DNA of 63,977 nucleotides, the filler included, from Octopus bimaculoides (lineage: Eukaryota): the NCBI RefSeq assembly GCF_001194135.2. It is 6 parts of 6 records of this genome, joined end to end, with 100 filler letters (N's around TTAATTAATTAA, not from the genome) between each part and the next. Parts side by side here need not be neighbours in the genome. Positions count along the whole stretch, not along the records: positions 22,639 to 47,269 come from NC_068986.1; 5 more parts are not named here. One strand, 5' to 3'. Made by a program: the position numbers and the translations under genes. The notes beneath the pieces were generated by a model. That model had not been told where the DNA came from and did no database searches. It saw nothing but the letters and a program-made list of their open reading frames with translations. Each line of letters opens with the position of its first letter. The stretch's first letter is position 1. Positions 24,741-38,653 of this stretch are shown here, one piece after another.

Positions 24741-25235
24741 TGCAGCATTTACATGTATGTATGTATGTATGTATGTATGTATGTATGTATGTATGTATGT
24801 ATGTATGTATGTACGTACGTACGTATGTATGTATGCTCTTCCTTCACTACTAAGTAATACATGATCTTCCAGGCTTCGTAGATATGTTTATATCTAGATA
24901 CGTATGTCTTTCTTTCTGCTCGTATATTTATATCAGTGAATTCAGATAGGGTTTATCCGTAATGTCTTATAGATTTTTCTTCCACGTTAAGATAGAAACT
25001 AGTTATGTTTAGTTTTTCCTTTAAAAAATCCCAGTACTTTCGTCATATTTTGTTTTAAAAACTCGATGTGCAAAATCTATGTATCAGTAAAAATAAGATT
25101 ATAAAATTGGTGTTAATTTCCTTTAATGAATAGTTTTGAATGTTTCTTTTCTTTTGAATAATTTTGTATTTTACATCATATATTTATTCATATTTTGTTC
25201 TCTGATTTTGATTTATTGTCTCTTATCTATTAAAG

Positions 25236-25583
25236 TTTCCAAGATTTAGACCAAGGAAAATCGTTCTTCATTTCTCCTAAGCTGGCCATAATTTTACTGA
25301 CTTCTTGTACTGCACTTGGATACTACATTTCATACCTGGCATGTAGATTACGCATGCAACGATTCTCCTTTTCTCTGCCGTTATTGCTATCGACTCCTGC
25401 ATCAATTGCAGCACATATTGTTTTGGAATCACTGGACGAAACTACTAAATATGATTATCCAACGTTTTTCACATGGAACAAGATTATTGTGATGGGCTGT
25501 GGAACTATGCTTTATGTAACTTTTCAAGTGATTGTTTCTTATATTTGGTATCCTAAAAATTCCCGTTTAGAACGGCACGAAAA
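25236..25583 (+). CDS. CHS: Chitin synthase exon (phase 2 to 2)
   Basis: YYISYLACRLRMQRFSFSLPLLLSTP..YIWYPKNSRLERHEK matches metazoan CHS (ACKxxxQxFSFAxP; HIWxPxxxRL); taaag| and |gtaagt. Confidence 0.88.
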
Positions 25584-26967
25584 GTAAGTTTAAACAATTT
25601 CTATTCACTGCTCCATTTCATTTTCACAATATTTATTTTTAATGTAGTTTCAAAACAGAAAAACGCTTGAATATTTTATTTCCATTTTTTGTTTTGTTTA
25701 TTCAAGTAAGAACTTATTTCATTCTTTGTAAGGCTGTACAGTGGGAGCTATTCTAAAAATTATTGTCATTATACCAAATACTATCGCTTTTAAAAATGTA
25801 TCATCGTCATTTTTTTCTTAATTTTTACTAGTTTGTGCGATTGAAGAGTATTATATTTGGTTGTGTAGCACTGCAATTCTAATAGATTTTGATTATATAT
25901 GTTCATACTGCACCCTTAGTTTAGAATTTCAAATTCATGCTGCGAAACAAAAGCAAATAAATGAAAATTTTTACGGAAATTAACGAACAAAACTAGCTGA
26001 TCTGGATGAAAGTTCTGAGAGTCAAAGCGAAAGATCGCCCCAAGGGAATGCCATCACAAAAATATTTTGGAGTGCATTCAACGTATCTCAGCTCCAAAGA
26101 TTTGGCTGCTATTTCTAGCACACCCTGCTATCACGTAACAGCTATTTGCGATAAAGGACCGAAATACCTGTTACGTGGTAGTAGGGCGTGCAAGAAATAG
26201 CAGCCAACTCTTTCCTTTTCTGAGGAAAGTAACCGTTTACGCGTCTTTTCGAAACTCAGACTTTCCAGGTGACCCAGCGGGTCAAAGGTAGTCTAGTCTA
26301 GTATATACATNNNNNNNNNNNNNNNNNNNNNNNNNNNNNNNNNNNNNNNNNNNNNNNNNNNNNNNNNNNNNNNNNNNNNNNNNNNNNNNNNNNNNNNNNN
26401 NNNNNNNNNNNNNNNNNNNNNNNNNNNNNNNNNNNNNNNNNNNNNNNNNNNNNNNNNNNNNNNNNNNNNNNNNNNNNNNNNNNNNNNNNNNNNNNNNNNN
26501 NNNNNNNNNNNNNNNNNNNNNNNNNNNNNNNNNNNNNNNNNNNNNNNNNNNNNNNNNNNNNNNNNNNNNNNNNNNNNNNNNNNNNNNNNNNNNNNNNNNN
26601 NNNNNNNNNNNNNNNNNNNNNNNNNNNNNNNNNNNNNNNNNNNNNNNNNNNNNNNNNNNNNNNNNNNNNNNNNNNNNNNNNNNNNNNNNNNNNNNNNNNN
26701 NNNNNNNNNNNNNNNNNNNNNNNNNNNNNNNNNNNNNNNNNNNNNNNNNNNNNNNNNNNNNNNNNNNNNNNNNNNNNNNNNNNNNNNNNNNNNNNNNNNN
26801 NNNNNNNNNNNNNNNNNNNNNNNNNNNNNNNNNNNNNNNNNNNNNNNNNNNNNNNNNNNNNNNNNNNNNNNNNNNNNNNNNNNNNNNNNNNNNNNNNNNN
26901 NNNNNNNNNNNNNNNNNNNNNNNNNNNNNNNNNNNNNNNNNNNNNNNNNNNNNNNNNNNNNNNNNNN

Positions 26968-27019
<52 letters not shown>

Positions 27020-27029
27020 TTACTTATTT

Positions 27030-28200
27030 GTACTTACTGCAGCCTGCGGCCTTCACCGGTGGTGGGTTGAACCGGCTCAGACCAACATGTTCACGATGTC
27101 CCTCACGAATGCTTATCATATCCGACGTTCGCCCGCATTCCTGGTTGTAATAGATGCCCACTTCCTTTCCACTGTCGAAGACCATAGACGCGGGTGCCTG
27201 ATTGAGTTGCTACGTCCACATTTACTGTCGCCAGTCACCTCTTCACTTGTCTTACAGCTCGTTTACGCCAGCCCGAGTGGGAGCCTTACGAATGAATTCC
27301 CCCGGAGGTTGACGGAGTGTCTGGCCAAGGTACCTCAGACATCTTGTGAGTAGAGCTTATTGCAGAGAGTTGAGGCAGCAGCGTTGTGTTTCGGAGTCCC
27401 AAATTATGTCCACTGGGTGAACCCGCAAAATTTGACGCAAGCAGTGGTGGTCGAAAACTCCGAGTTTTTGGAGACCTTCAGCTCTCACTGGCCAGGATTC
27501 GCACCCATAGATAAAGATGGTTCGCGTGAGTGCTAGGAAAATACACACTTTCGTGCGAATTCTGATCTCCACACGCGACTAGTGGTGGGTCTGAAGGCGA
27601 AAGATCGTGATACGGGTGCTGTTGATGCGTAAGTCAATCTTGGTCTTTCCTTGTCCGTTTGCTGTGCATGTTAATACGAGGTATTTGACGTGTTCGACTT
27701 TTCCAAACACTTCACCAGTGAGAACCATTGGCTCTTTTTCCTAGGATGGCATCTCTACTGCGATAATTTTAGTTTGAGACGCATTTATCTTCATGCTGAT
27801 ATTGAGATCCCAAGAGTTGATGCTGTTGATAGCAGTTTGTAGTTCAGCGTTGTTGTCCCTCCAGGATCGATATATCGTTAACGTAGTTAAGGTCGGTGAG
27901 GACAAAGTAACATCAGGAAACTCTTGCAGTGGCATGTTTCGTAAGCTAGTCGATGACGTAGTTGAACAGTGCTGGAGATATCGCACAATCCTATCTAACT
28001 CCAGAACGGCCATCGGAATGTGGTAATTCTTGTCTATATACCCGAACCTTTATTGTACTATTTCGTGGTATGCTTTCAGCAGTTTCAGAAGTTCTGGTGG
28101 AAAACCATCTGATGCCATTACTTTCCACAACACACCACGCTCAACAGTCAAATGCCGCAGCAAAATCGACGAAGCAGATGACAATCGGTTGCTGATAACA
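27030..28200 (-). mobile_element. RTE-clade LINE fragment (RT C-terminal half)
   Basis: KINASQTK; RTKVCIF..IYGCESWPV..FDHHCLRQILRV. Confidence 0.8.
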
Positions 28201-28899
28201 CAAATGATGCAGCCACGGCCAGAACGAAAACCGGACTTGTTATGACGGGTGCATCAGTCTCGGTCAAGCTGGAATCTATGTAACAGGGCCAGGGACTGAT
28301 GGGTCTGCGGCCCAGTGGAAGGTATAGTGTCATGGTTAAGTAAAACAGAAAAATGCTCGTACCAACAATAGTCATTAAAGCCATTGTTGCTAGCTTGCTT
28401 AGTTTTCTCACAAGTGACCTGACCACTCATAATAGTCAGGTCATTTGTGAAGTCTATAGGGTCAGGTCACTTGTGAAGTCTCTCATGAATGCCACAAGTA
28501 ACATAGAATGCAGTACAACCGCTTGTATGGTCAGGTCATAGGCGATTAAACTGGTTTCCTCCACTAGTCTTGCCTGGTGAGGAGGGTTGCTAGAAAGCCA
28601 ACAGGACTAAAGACAAGACTTGCTAAAAGCACGGAAAAACCTAGCGAAGGTTCAACAGCTATCTTGCAATAGCACGGTACCTCAGAAATTCGGGATTGGA
28701 GTACGGCGTGCTGGAAGACAACTGGAAGTTATTTTTGACAAATTAAATTTAAATGTTGAAGTGAATCTAACGGATTTTGTGTGTTTTTAAATGGCTTATA
28801 AACACCTACGCTACAATCGTTTTTGCTTCAGCACACGATCTCAGATCAGGTCACTTGCTATACAAGTACATTTCCGTAATATATATATATATATAACTT

Positions 28900-30590
28900 A
28901 GCTCTTAGATCCTGTAATGCTGTCCATAAACGACGCCCACTCCATCACATGGATAGCATTTAAGTGCATAGTCAGTGTGGTAAAGTGTATCCGCCGCTTA
29001 GTCACTACGTCCTACAAACTCCTATGCTACCTCTTCATACCACCTCTTCGTTTCTCACACTGTCCTGATAAAAGATGACCAGAATTGTACGTAGGCAGCA
29101 TCGACGTAGCACATCCAGCACTTGAGAGATCTTTTAGCTACCTTTGCTGTCTTCCAGGTTTCATAGGCGTGGTTGGCTATTGATATAGCAAAAAATGAAT
29201 ATAGCTGCAGCCTTGTCTTGGAGGAATGCGTCGGAATACTGATGTTACACATTCTATCTTGAAACTGACATTAATTTCTGCATCACGCGCGTTTGAAATA
29301 TAGGATCCGAGACATGTGAACATGTCGATGTACTCAGTTTTGTCTTGTCTGAGATCGACAAGTTGTACTTGGGCTCCACCAGTTTAAATGGCTCTGTTCT
29401 TTACAGTGCTATTCTGCAAACTTTCTTTTGTCCTTAACTCTATAATCTATCTGTCATGGCCTGCAGTGTCTCTGCTGGAACTTAGTAACACCAAATCGTC
29501 TGCGAAATTCGAACGTGTCAGTTCTCTCGGTCCCCACTTTATTTCAAAATTTGTGCTATGAGTCGCTTTCCGCATAATGAAACGGCGGCAAGATGCAACC
29601 TTGTCTCATTCCTGTAGCAATTTCGGACATGTCGGTGGTTCTGTATCTCATCCTTACGCAATATTGCAAGTTCCTCCTATACAGAGACTTAAAGATGCTG
29701 ATACAGCCGTTCGGGATCCCATAGACTCACGAGTTATTCCAGAGTTTATTTCAGTGAACCCTGTCAAATACTTTCTTTAATCCGATAAAGTTAATTAGCA
29801 GCCACACTCTATGTTCTCTACTTTGCTCGATTACATTTCGCAATACGAAGATCTGATCTACACAGGATCTACCACTCCGAAAATGTGTCTGCTCCACTCT
29901 CAATACAATATCAATTACCTTCTTTAATCGTCTCAGCAGGGCACTGCAGAGAACTTTGCCAGACATGGATAACAGTGTAATGCTGCACCAAATAAATAAA
30001 TAAATAGTAAACAAGACTACCAGATCACCGTTTATGTGTAGTGCACCATTCCATGATTCCAATAACTTGGTAGATCTTCCCTCTACCAAATAAATATGAA
30101 GAAATGTATCATATATTGTACAAATGCTTCCACGCTATGAACTCGGAAGCTCAAGAGCTCGGCATGTAAATCATCTATGCTATCTACTTTGTTGCTCCTC
30201 AAATTGCGTATTTGCATGTCCACTTCTTCTGCTAGTATCAGCCACCTTCGTGTTCATTTCATTCATGAGTGGTTCATTACCCGTTTCAAATGTAGTTGCT
30301 GGAATCGGCCGATTGAGAACTTCACGAAAATACTCTTTCCTTTCTAGAGGTTTGCTTGTTCCTCCTCTGTTGTAAGCATTTTACGATTTTTACCTTTTTT
30401 GCGCACTTGTTAATCCGCATACGATCTTATACAGACTTCGCAAGTCATTTCTGTCTGCAGCTTGAGCTTCCATACCTTTCCTTTTTACCTACTGCTACTT
30501 GTCTCTTCTGTATATTTTCTTCACTTAGCGATTTGTATGTGTGGATAGGTGTATACCTTTCATTGATGAAATTGATCAAACTACTTTCTT
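28900..30590 (-). mobile_element. Second RTE-clade LINE fragment
   Basis: ITLLSMSGKVL..EQTHFRSGRSCVDQIFVLRNVIEQ..FIGLKKVFDRVH; AYETWK; frameshifted. Confidence 0.85.
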
Positions 30591-31157
30591 AATGAACTAC
30601 TATAATGTTTTTGCTAAACACATCTCTATTGGTGTTTTCGTGTTTGTTTTTGTTAGCGTTACTTGTGAAAGAAATTATTATTTGAAAGGAAATCGAGAGT
30701 GAAAGCGACTTATGTTTATGTTTCAGTTAACGAAATAAGTCAATTCCTAATGCATACAGCATATTTGGAAAGCATATCAACATTTAAGATTTTATCCATG
30801 TTTAGTGAATCAACTTGGCAGTCAAACAAAACCAACCGTATCTGGAACTATAGAAATATTTTAAATGCTTTGTTTTTAAACATCTTTATTTTCTATGAAA
30901 ATGTTAAATTATGATTGTTGGTATTAATGACGTTATTTCTTAAAATTAAAAAAAGATTACTGCTTTCCCCACCCCATATATTTGGAACTGCCTTCATGAA
31001 TTCCAGGCAATGCTTTTCTGTATAAAATATTATATTGGGATACATTCTGAGTATTATTTCCATTCTGAATTATGTATACTATATGAAATTACAATACTAT
31101 TAATGAAGTACTCTATTACTTACGAATAAAATGAATTGTTTGATTGCTCATTTTTAG

Positions 31158-31249
31158 AATGGCAATTGAACAAACCTTGCTAACCGACATAAAAATGGCG
31201 AACGAGGGTGATGACTCAAGAGATGATGAGGACTATTATGATTTTGAAG
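31158..31249 (+). CDS. CHS: Chitin synthase exon (phase 2 to 1)
   Basis: tttttag|A MAIEQ..DEDYYDFE G|gtaagt; splices to the next exon to give DYYDFEAHIFFDDA (CHS DYYEFExHIFFDDA). Confidence 0.87.
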
Positions 31250-31511
31250 GTAAGTAATTTTGTCGATTATTCCAAATTGTTTATTTTATATTTTGATATT
31301 AGAACTACCACATAATGCCGCTGCCCTTCACAGTGTCCCAAATTTTAGGCTATTAGCGTAATCTCATGGAACGGATCCAAACTATAATCTAGTAGATTCT
31401 CTGTATATGGCTACGGAGTACTTGCTTGTTAAACGCGAAAACAAGATCCCGCCTGGCAACACTCTTTACATTACACACACGCACACACACATACACACAC
31501 ATACATATACG

Positions 31512-31542
<31 letters not shown>

Positions 31543-32697
31543 ACACACACACACTCACACACACACTCACACACACACACTCACACACACACACATGCTT
31601 ATACACTGCTGGATAAAATCTTAGGACCAGTGAAAAGAAGTGCCGAAGCGAACTCCTTGCAGACCGATATATTCGACTATTCTTCGTCGTAGATTCATCA
31701 TTGTCAAATAGAAAAAAAAAGATATACAAAAACCTAAAGAAATGCTTAACATCTAATGCACAAAATATGCATTGTATGAACGCTAATAATATTTTGTCAT
31801 GTCAAAACTTTAAGACTATGACAAATAGCAAACGAAAATAAATAGTAAACAATGCTGCTCAATAATAGTAGCTCCACTATTCCTGCGGATAACTTCAAAA
31901 CTTCGCCGTGGTATATTCGACACAAATATTTGCAGGAGGTTGTCCGGAATGATACGCTACGAGATAAAGACTACTTGACAAATAAGCACACACAGTTTCA
32001 AGTTGCGTTCAACTGTTGTAAAAATCTGTTGCCATCCAATGCCCTGCTTCTGGAGTTCGACAATTCTACCACGATCAAAATCCGTCAATATTTTAGCTTT
32101 GCTCATTGTTGTTGTTGTGAAATAGACAGAGAGTGACCGGCAGTTGTTGACACAGAGAAAGCTTGAACAATATAAGGAAGTTTATAATTTATAACGGATT
32201 TAAACATTTTATTTGTTATGGTCTTAAATTTAATAACAGGTAAAATATTGTTCGCTTTCATACAATGCATATCTTATGTATCAAATGTTAAACATTTCTC
32301 TAGGTTTTCGTATATCCTTTTTTATTTGCCAATTATGAATCTATAATGAAAAATAGTCAAATGTATCGGTCTGCAAGGAGTTCATTTAAGCAGTTTTTTT
32401 TCAATGGGCTTAAGATTTTGTCCAGTAGTGTATGTATGTATGTATGTATGTATGTATGTATGTATGTATGTATGTATGTATGTATGTATGTATGTATGTA
32501 TGTGAGTATGTGTTTATGTGTGTAAGTGTGTATGTGTGTAAGTGTGTGCGTGCGCGTGTGTAAGTGTGTGCGTGCGCGTGTGTAATAAAATCAGGGACTA
32601 GTAGTAATTTCAAAGCCTATGATAGAATGCTATTAAATCTGTTGTAAGCATAGTCTACTATGAAAAGGTTGCTACGTTTGACGACCACTCTCACATA

Positions 32698-32766
<69 letters not shown>

Positions 32767-32811
32767 TAGAAGTATTGTTATTTCTACATCTCTCAAAGAG
32801 ATGTATTCAGG

Positions 32812-33175
32812 AGCAGCACTTTAAAGCAACGATTATTTTCCAATCTAATGTGGCAGTCCGGCTTAGGGGGCGAATGCTACTGCAGTTTAGCCCCAGAAGA
32901 CATCGTCGCCAGCTGGCGATACGACACACGATCTGTGTCCTTATATTTTCGATGTTGTATTGTGCTCAGCAGCCCCATCCAGCACAAGACAACATCTGTG
33001 GACCGGTTTCTGGGTTATTGCTCTTTATCCGTGTCCTTATATTTTCGAACTCTGATAGCGTGTTGTATAGCCAGCTGGAGACGATATCTCCTGGGGCGAA
33101 GCAACAGTAGCATCCGTCCCCTAAACAGGACTGTCACATTAGGTTGGCAATTAATCGTTATTTTAAAGTGCTGCT
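32812..33175. mobile_element. MITE with about 115-bp imperfect TIRs
   Basis: AGCAGCACTTTAAAGCAACG.. versus ..CGTTATTTTAAAGTGCTGCT; arms align over about 115 bp. Confidence 0.85.
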
Positions 33176-33271
33176 ACTGAATATCACTTTTGAGAGATTT
33201 AGAAATAATAAGGGTTCTATTTACTTTATTTTCGAATGGGAATTCAGTAGCGCCGCCTAGCCAAGCAGCTA

Positions 33272-33480
33272 CGTTGTGCAGATAAAAGGCAATAACCCAG
33301 AAACCGGTAACACAGATGTGGTCTTGTGCTGGATGGGGCTGCTGAGCTCCCTGTTCGAAAATATAAGGACACAGATCGTGTGTCATATGGCCAGCTGGAG
33401 ACGATGTCTGCTGGGGCAAAGCAACAGTAGCATTCGTCCCCCTAAACGGGATTGCCACATTAGGTTGGCAAATAATTGTT
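33272..33480 (-). mobile_element. Inverted partial copy of the preceding MITE
   Basis: Reverse complement of about 32831-33035. Confidence 0.85.
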
Positions 33481-33691
33481 AACGTATGTGTAATGTATCC
33501 ATAAATATCAAAAACTTGCAGCAACTTTTATATATGTTTATCTATGTAAATGATGATGATGTTGATTATGATGATAATGAGGGGGGGGGGAGTAGAAGGA
33601 GGAAGATAAGACGTTTTCAATATTATTTTGTCTCAAATGAAAATTGGTAAGGATGCAATCTGTTCAATTGTTTTTTTAAATTTATTTATAG

Positions 33692-33794
33692 CTCATATTT
33701 TCTTTGATGATGCTATGGAGGTAAATGAGTTTGGAGATGTTAATGTGAACAAATATGTTCAAACTTTCGTCACCACAATTGACAAAGCAGCCAG
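33692..33794 (+). CDS. CHS: Chitin synthase exon (phase 1 to 2)
   Basis: HIFFDDAMEV..NKYVQTFVTTIDKAA; tttatag| and AG|gtatgt. Confidence 0.93.
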
Positions 33795-33899
33795 GTATGT
33801 AAGATATAAGTGAATATTATTATTATTTGGCAGATGCATTAGAATTTTGGACAAAATACCTTGCACCATTTGTTCATTCGTTTTATGTTCTGATATCAG

Positions 33900-34800
33900 A
33901 CAGCACCGACGTTAACTAAGCTTTTTTATCCTTTCGTGGTCGCCGTCAAATATTGGAGTCGACGTTATTGACTAATCTTCCCTACGAATTTCAGGCATTG
34001 TATCTCTGCTGGAAACAGCTATTAGAATCAAATAGATGTGCATAATCATTAGAGAGCTGAATAAAATTCTGCTGTATTTGTGACGACACATTATGTTTCG
34101 AGCTGAAAACCTTATGAAATCAGGTCCTGAGCAGAGTTCAACTTTATAAGAAGTATACCAGTTTTCTCTAGATACTGCTACAGAACTGATCTGGCAACTT
34201 AGACCTTTTGATATTCGGGTAATTTCTTTCTGTGTACAGGAATTTTTTGCGGGATCCTGTCGTATCAATCTATTCTTTCACAGAGTTGTTTGTTTGTATG
34301 TAGCTTGGGCAATGATTTCTGTTGTCTCATGTTCATCAATTTTATTGTTGTTTACTTTCTTTATTGTTTCTCTTCTCTATCAACGTTGTTAATTTGTTGC
34401 CATTTGTGGTTATATTTTGTTTGTTGTTAAGTGTGGTTGCTAGGGTATAATTTTGTTTGAATACGAATTTGGCTGACTATTTGAATGGCTTTCATTACTA
34501 CTTTGACATGTCGGAGTTTATTATATTTTTTTTTGTCTGCTTAGTTTTGGTTTACTGTTATACCATCTATGTTATTTGTGTGAATGACTGTCGTATTTTG
34601 AAGTCTCGTTTGTTTTATGTCTGATCGTCTCAGTTGCTTCCTTTCTTTCCTCTCTGTGGTAGGTTCCTTTGTGATGCTTTCATAGTTTGTAGTGGGATAT
34701 TTTTTAACTGTTAGTGTGTACTTTCCTCTGATCCATTCTATTTTAGCTTTGGGAGCTCATTACGCGGATCATAAATACCATAACTAAATAGTTATCTTTT
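33900..34800 (-). mobile_element. Possible decayed Penelope-like element (GIY-YIG end)
   Basis: Faint ETG..HK-like remnants only. Confidence 0.3.
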
Positions 34801-34849
34801 AATCGTAAATCTTCATGCATCTCTGTCGTATATATGTATATATATGCAT

Positions 34850-35065
34850 GTGTGTGTATGTTTGTGTGTCTGTGTTTGTCTCCCCAACATCGCTTGACAA
34901 CCGATGGTGGTGTGTTTATGTCCCCATAACTTAGCAGTTCGGCAAAGAGACCGATAAAATAAGTATTAGGCTTACAAAGAATTGGTCCTGGGGTCGATTT
35001 GCTCGACTAAAGGCGGTGCTCCAGCATGGCCGCAGTTAAATGATTGAAACAAGTAAAAGAGAGTA
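34850..35065 (+). mobile_element. SINE family 3 copy
   Basis: Homologous to 7550-7785. Confidence 0.88.
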
Positions 35066-35079
35066 TAAAAAGTATCCAA

Positions 35080-38010
35080 AGTCTGCTACACCTCTAATGC
35101 AAAACAAAAACCTTTTTCCTGAGAGAACTTGCTGCATGCAACCAAGCTCTCTGCATAGCAGCTTAGACCTGCTATAAGGGATGCAGAAATACACATACCA
35201 AAATATGTTGTAATACGCTCAAATAGAAAAGAAAGAATCCACAGTGGAGTTGCTGTGTACATCCGAGAGGATCTGACGCCCCAGGTCCTGCTGTTATATT
35301 TAAACTCAGTATGTGACATCCAAATTGTACACATAAGACAACTTAATATTGTTATATGTACTACATATCGCCCATCAGATGCTCAAAATCATACCGGTAA
35401 GTTTGAAGACTGCCTAGCAAAGATAGGAGTTCTCACCAAACTGGAGCAACACATCGGTGCATTCCTTTTGAGTGCCTTTAACGTTCCCAATGTGGGCTAG
35501 CCTGAAGGCCAGATGCTCTGAGGAATGACACACTACAAACAAGCACAAAGTCCTTACTCCACCTAATCAATGCTTCATTTATTGAGCAAATTGTGCTGCA
35601 AACAACCAGGGCAAATAACATACTGGATATCTGCTTCACAAACAATATGGACATGATCCATAATATGAAAGTGACACCGACGCTAGTCTCGGACCACAAC
35701 AGAATAGAGCTGACTATGTATGAAACAAAAGCTCCTGCAGGCGTACAGCCTCTAAGAAGCACCCGATATCTCTCCAAACTGAACTTTCATAAAGCTAACT
35801 GGAAGCCGATTGAGAAAGAGATCATCAAACAGCATTGGCTTAAATGTCTCTCCGTACCAGTCATTGACACGAGAAACAAACATTTCATGTCCATAATGCA
35901 AGCTATATGTGACAAATCTGTCCCAGAGCACAAGGCCAACATACACAAAAGCAAGATTCCTTGGGAAAGTAAAATTCTTATGAGACGACGGACAAGGATT
36001 GCAAACCGCCTGAACAAGCACACCAAAAGTAGTGAAAAGTTCTTCCTGAAGAGAACGCTGCTGGAGATTGAGAAAAGTCTGCATCACTTTCGCGAAAAAG
36101 AGGAGATAAGGAAGCCTGAGTTATAGAAAATATTAAGCCGAACCCTAAATCTTTCCTTAACTTTTCTAAAGAAACAACTACACTAAGCCACGAGATAGGG
36201 CCCCCTCTTCCAAAAAGATGGTTCCCTCACAGGAAACTCAATGAGGATAACTGAAACACCGAACGAACAGTTCCAAAGTGTGTTCTCTGGGACACAGGCA
36301 AGTAAAGAAACCAACAGAATTCTTTGTCACTTTACCTGTAACCTAAGAGGCGAAAATTGATTACATCAACATTAAAGATGTAACACTGGCCATAGATGAG
36401 GTAGACACAAACTTAGTTGTTGGTCCTGATGGATTCCCAGCAATCCTTCTCAGATCGTGCAAACGATCTCTCGCAAGACCACTGCAGCTAATTTTTCAGA
36501 GTTTTCTTGTTAGTGGTAATCTCACAGGCAAATTGAAGGAAGGAATAATAGGCCCTGTCCACAAAGGAGAAAGCAGAGCAGGTGTTAAAAATTATACACT
36601 TATCTCTCTGAGCTCAGACATCAGTAAAGTCATGGAACGAATAGTCCGCAAGAAACCATTCACGTTCGTTGAAGAGAATGACTTGTAGACTGACACCCAG
36701 CATGGTTTTCTACCTGGTAGAAGCTGCCTGACACGGCTCTTACAACATTGCGACTGGCTTTAAAGTAGCTGCTTAACAACTCAAGTGTGGATGAGATATA
36801 TCTCGATTTTGCAAAAGCCTTTGATAAAGTTGGCCATGGTATGATGTGTCACTAACTGCGTGATCTCGGCATAGCCGGAAAACTAGGTGAGTGGCTACAC
36901 GAATTTATAAAAGATAGACGTCTGGCAGTGATGGCCAATAGAGCCATCTGAAAGGAGACACTATAGTAAATGATATTCCACAGAGCACTATCTTAGGGCC
37001 ACTGCTATTTATACTGGTGCTCTCAGAATTGCCCTCAGCTGCTTAGATAGCCACCCTTGCTAGCTATGCAGATGACTCAAAAGTCTCTCAAATAATTCAG
37101 AACACTGGAAATATTGCGCATCTGCAACTGAAGTTGGACGCGATATACAGGTGGGCTGAGGACAACAACATACAGTTTAATGCAGAAAAATTCCAAGCCC
37201 TGCGTTATCAGCACTCTAAGCTAAATGAGGTGCAAACAGGATGCATTAAATTCAATGCGTGACCTGGGAAATGAGTAATGATGCATCTTTCCAAATGCAT
37301 ATTACTAATTTGGTAATAAAATGCAGACGACTTGCTGGATGGATTCTCCGAACTATCAATCGAAAGAAAAGGTATCTATGATGGAGGGCGCATGTCTTTT
37401 GGAGGGCATATGTCTTCCGCCGCTTGGACTACTGCTCCCAACTATGGTCACCACATAGCATAAAATTAACGGCGGAACTCAAAGCAATCCAACGAAGCTA
37501 CACAAAGAAAATCATCTTAATGCAACATATCAGCTACTGGGACAGGCTGAAGGAGTTAAAATTCTTCTTCCTAGAACGAAGGCGGAGAGATATGCAGTGA
37601 TATACATCTGGAAATTCTTGGAAGGATGTGCACCAAACTTTGGCATTGCAAATTACGCAAACAACAGAACGGGGCGCCACAGCATAGTGCCAAAGATCCC
37701 AGCATCGCCATCAAAATACAGGACCAGATATTGCAACAGCTTGGGTTTCAAGGCCCACAGCTCTGCAATATCCTTCCAAAATGCCTGGTATGGATGTAGG
37801 TCTCTTCACAATAATACTGGATCTCATCTTGTTAAGGGTTCCAGGTGAGCCTACCTCAAGGCAGGAAACCCAGATGAGAGCAGCAGTTTCAAGCTCTCAC
37901 ATTCACCAAATATCACATATCAGAGGAGGTTTCAAATAATGGTGTAGTGCAGCCAGCGGTGGTGCCCCAGCATGACCGCAGCTTAGAAGCTGAAACAAGT
38001 TAAGGAGTTA
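35080..38010 (+). mobile_element. CR1/L2-group LINE, 5'-truncated, with APE and RT remnants
   Basis: GVAVYIRE, TYRP, NNILDICFTN, SDHN (APE); GPDG, TQHGF, YLDFAKAFDKV, LGPLLF, YADDSK, FNAEKFQ, LDYCSQLWSP (RT); many stops and frameshifts. Confidence 0.92.
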
Positions 38011-38202
38011 AAGAGTGTATTATATATATATATATATACATACACACACATACATATACATGTATATACATATTTATATCTCTGTGTTTGTGTTGGTGCG
38101 TATGTATGTATGTATGTATGTATGTATGTATGTATGTATGTATGTATATCAAAAACTATTTCAGAAACGTTTGACGCATTTTTCTGCTTTTACACTCTAC
38201 AG

Positions 38203-38356
38203 CTCTGTGATGAAATTCCCAACAACATTGCATCCACCATGTAAAATTATGACACCATATGGCGGCCAACTATTATGGCAAATACAAGAGAATGTCCTAC
38301 TCTTCGTACATTTAAAAGATAAGAAAAAAATTCGAAACAAGAAAAGATGGTCTCAG
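38203..38356 (+). CDS. CHS: Chitin synthase exon (phase 2 to 0)
   Basis: TPYGGQLLW..VHLKDKKKIRNKKRWSQ; ctacag| and CAG|gtaaat. Confidence 0.96.
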
Positions 38357-38653
38357 GTAAATATATAATTATATGATATTTTTAATACAGGATACCTATA
38401 TGCAGAAACAAAACAATAATGTTATTGGTAATTCCCTTAAACAAAATCAGCAAAAAATATGTATCCAAGATATTTATTTATATATCATACAAGCGTCAAA
38501 GGTTATTGAGCACACACACACTGCTTGACAAGAACCTTGCAATAACTGACAACTTCAATATTTGTTCGTGGAAATTTTAGTATTATGCAGTCTGCTCTAA
38601 TTGAATTTGGTCAGAATTTTGCAATTTATACGTGTTTGTTTTGAATCAACCTT

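Noticed and set aside
25810-26125. Reading frame ending ..NAITKIFW as the missing CATMWHE exon
   Set aside because: In-frame TAA at 25981, wrong splice phase, motif absent, and it overlaps a repeat tail.
336-27019. Long ORFs in the track containing X runs or YI/CV/HT repeats
   Set aside because: Artefacts of N gaps and dinucleotide repeats.
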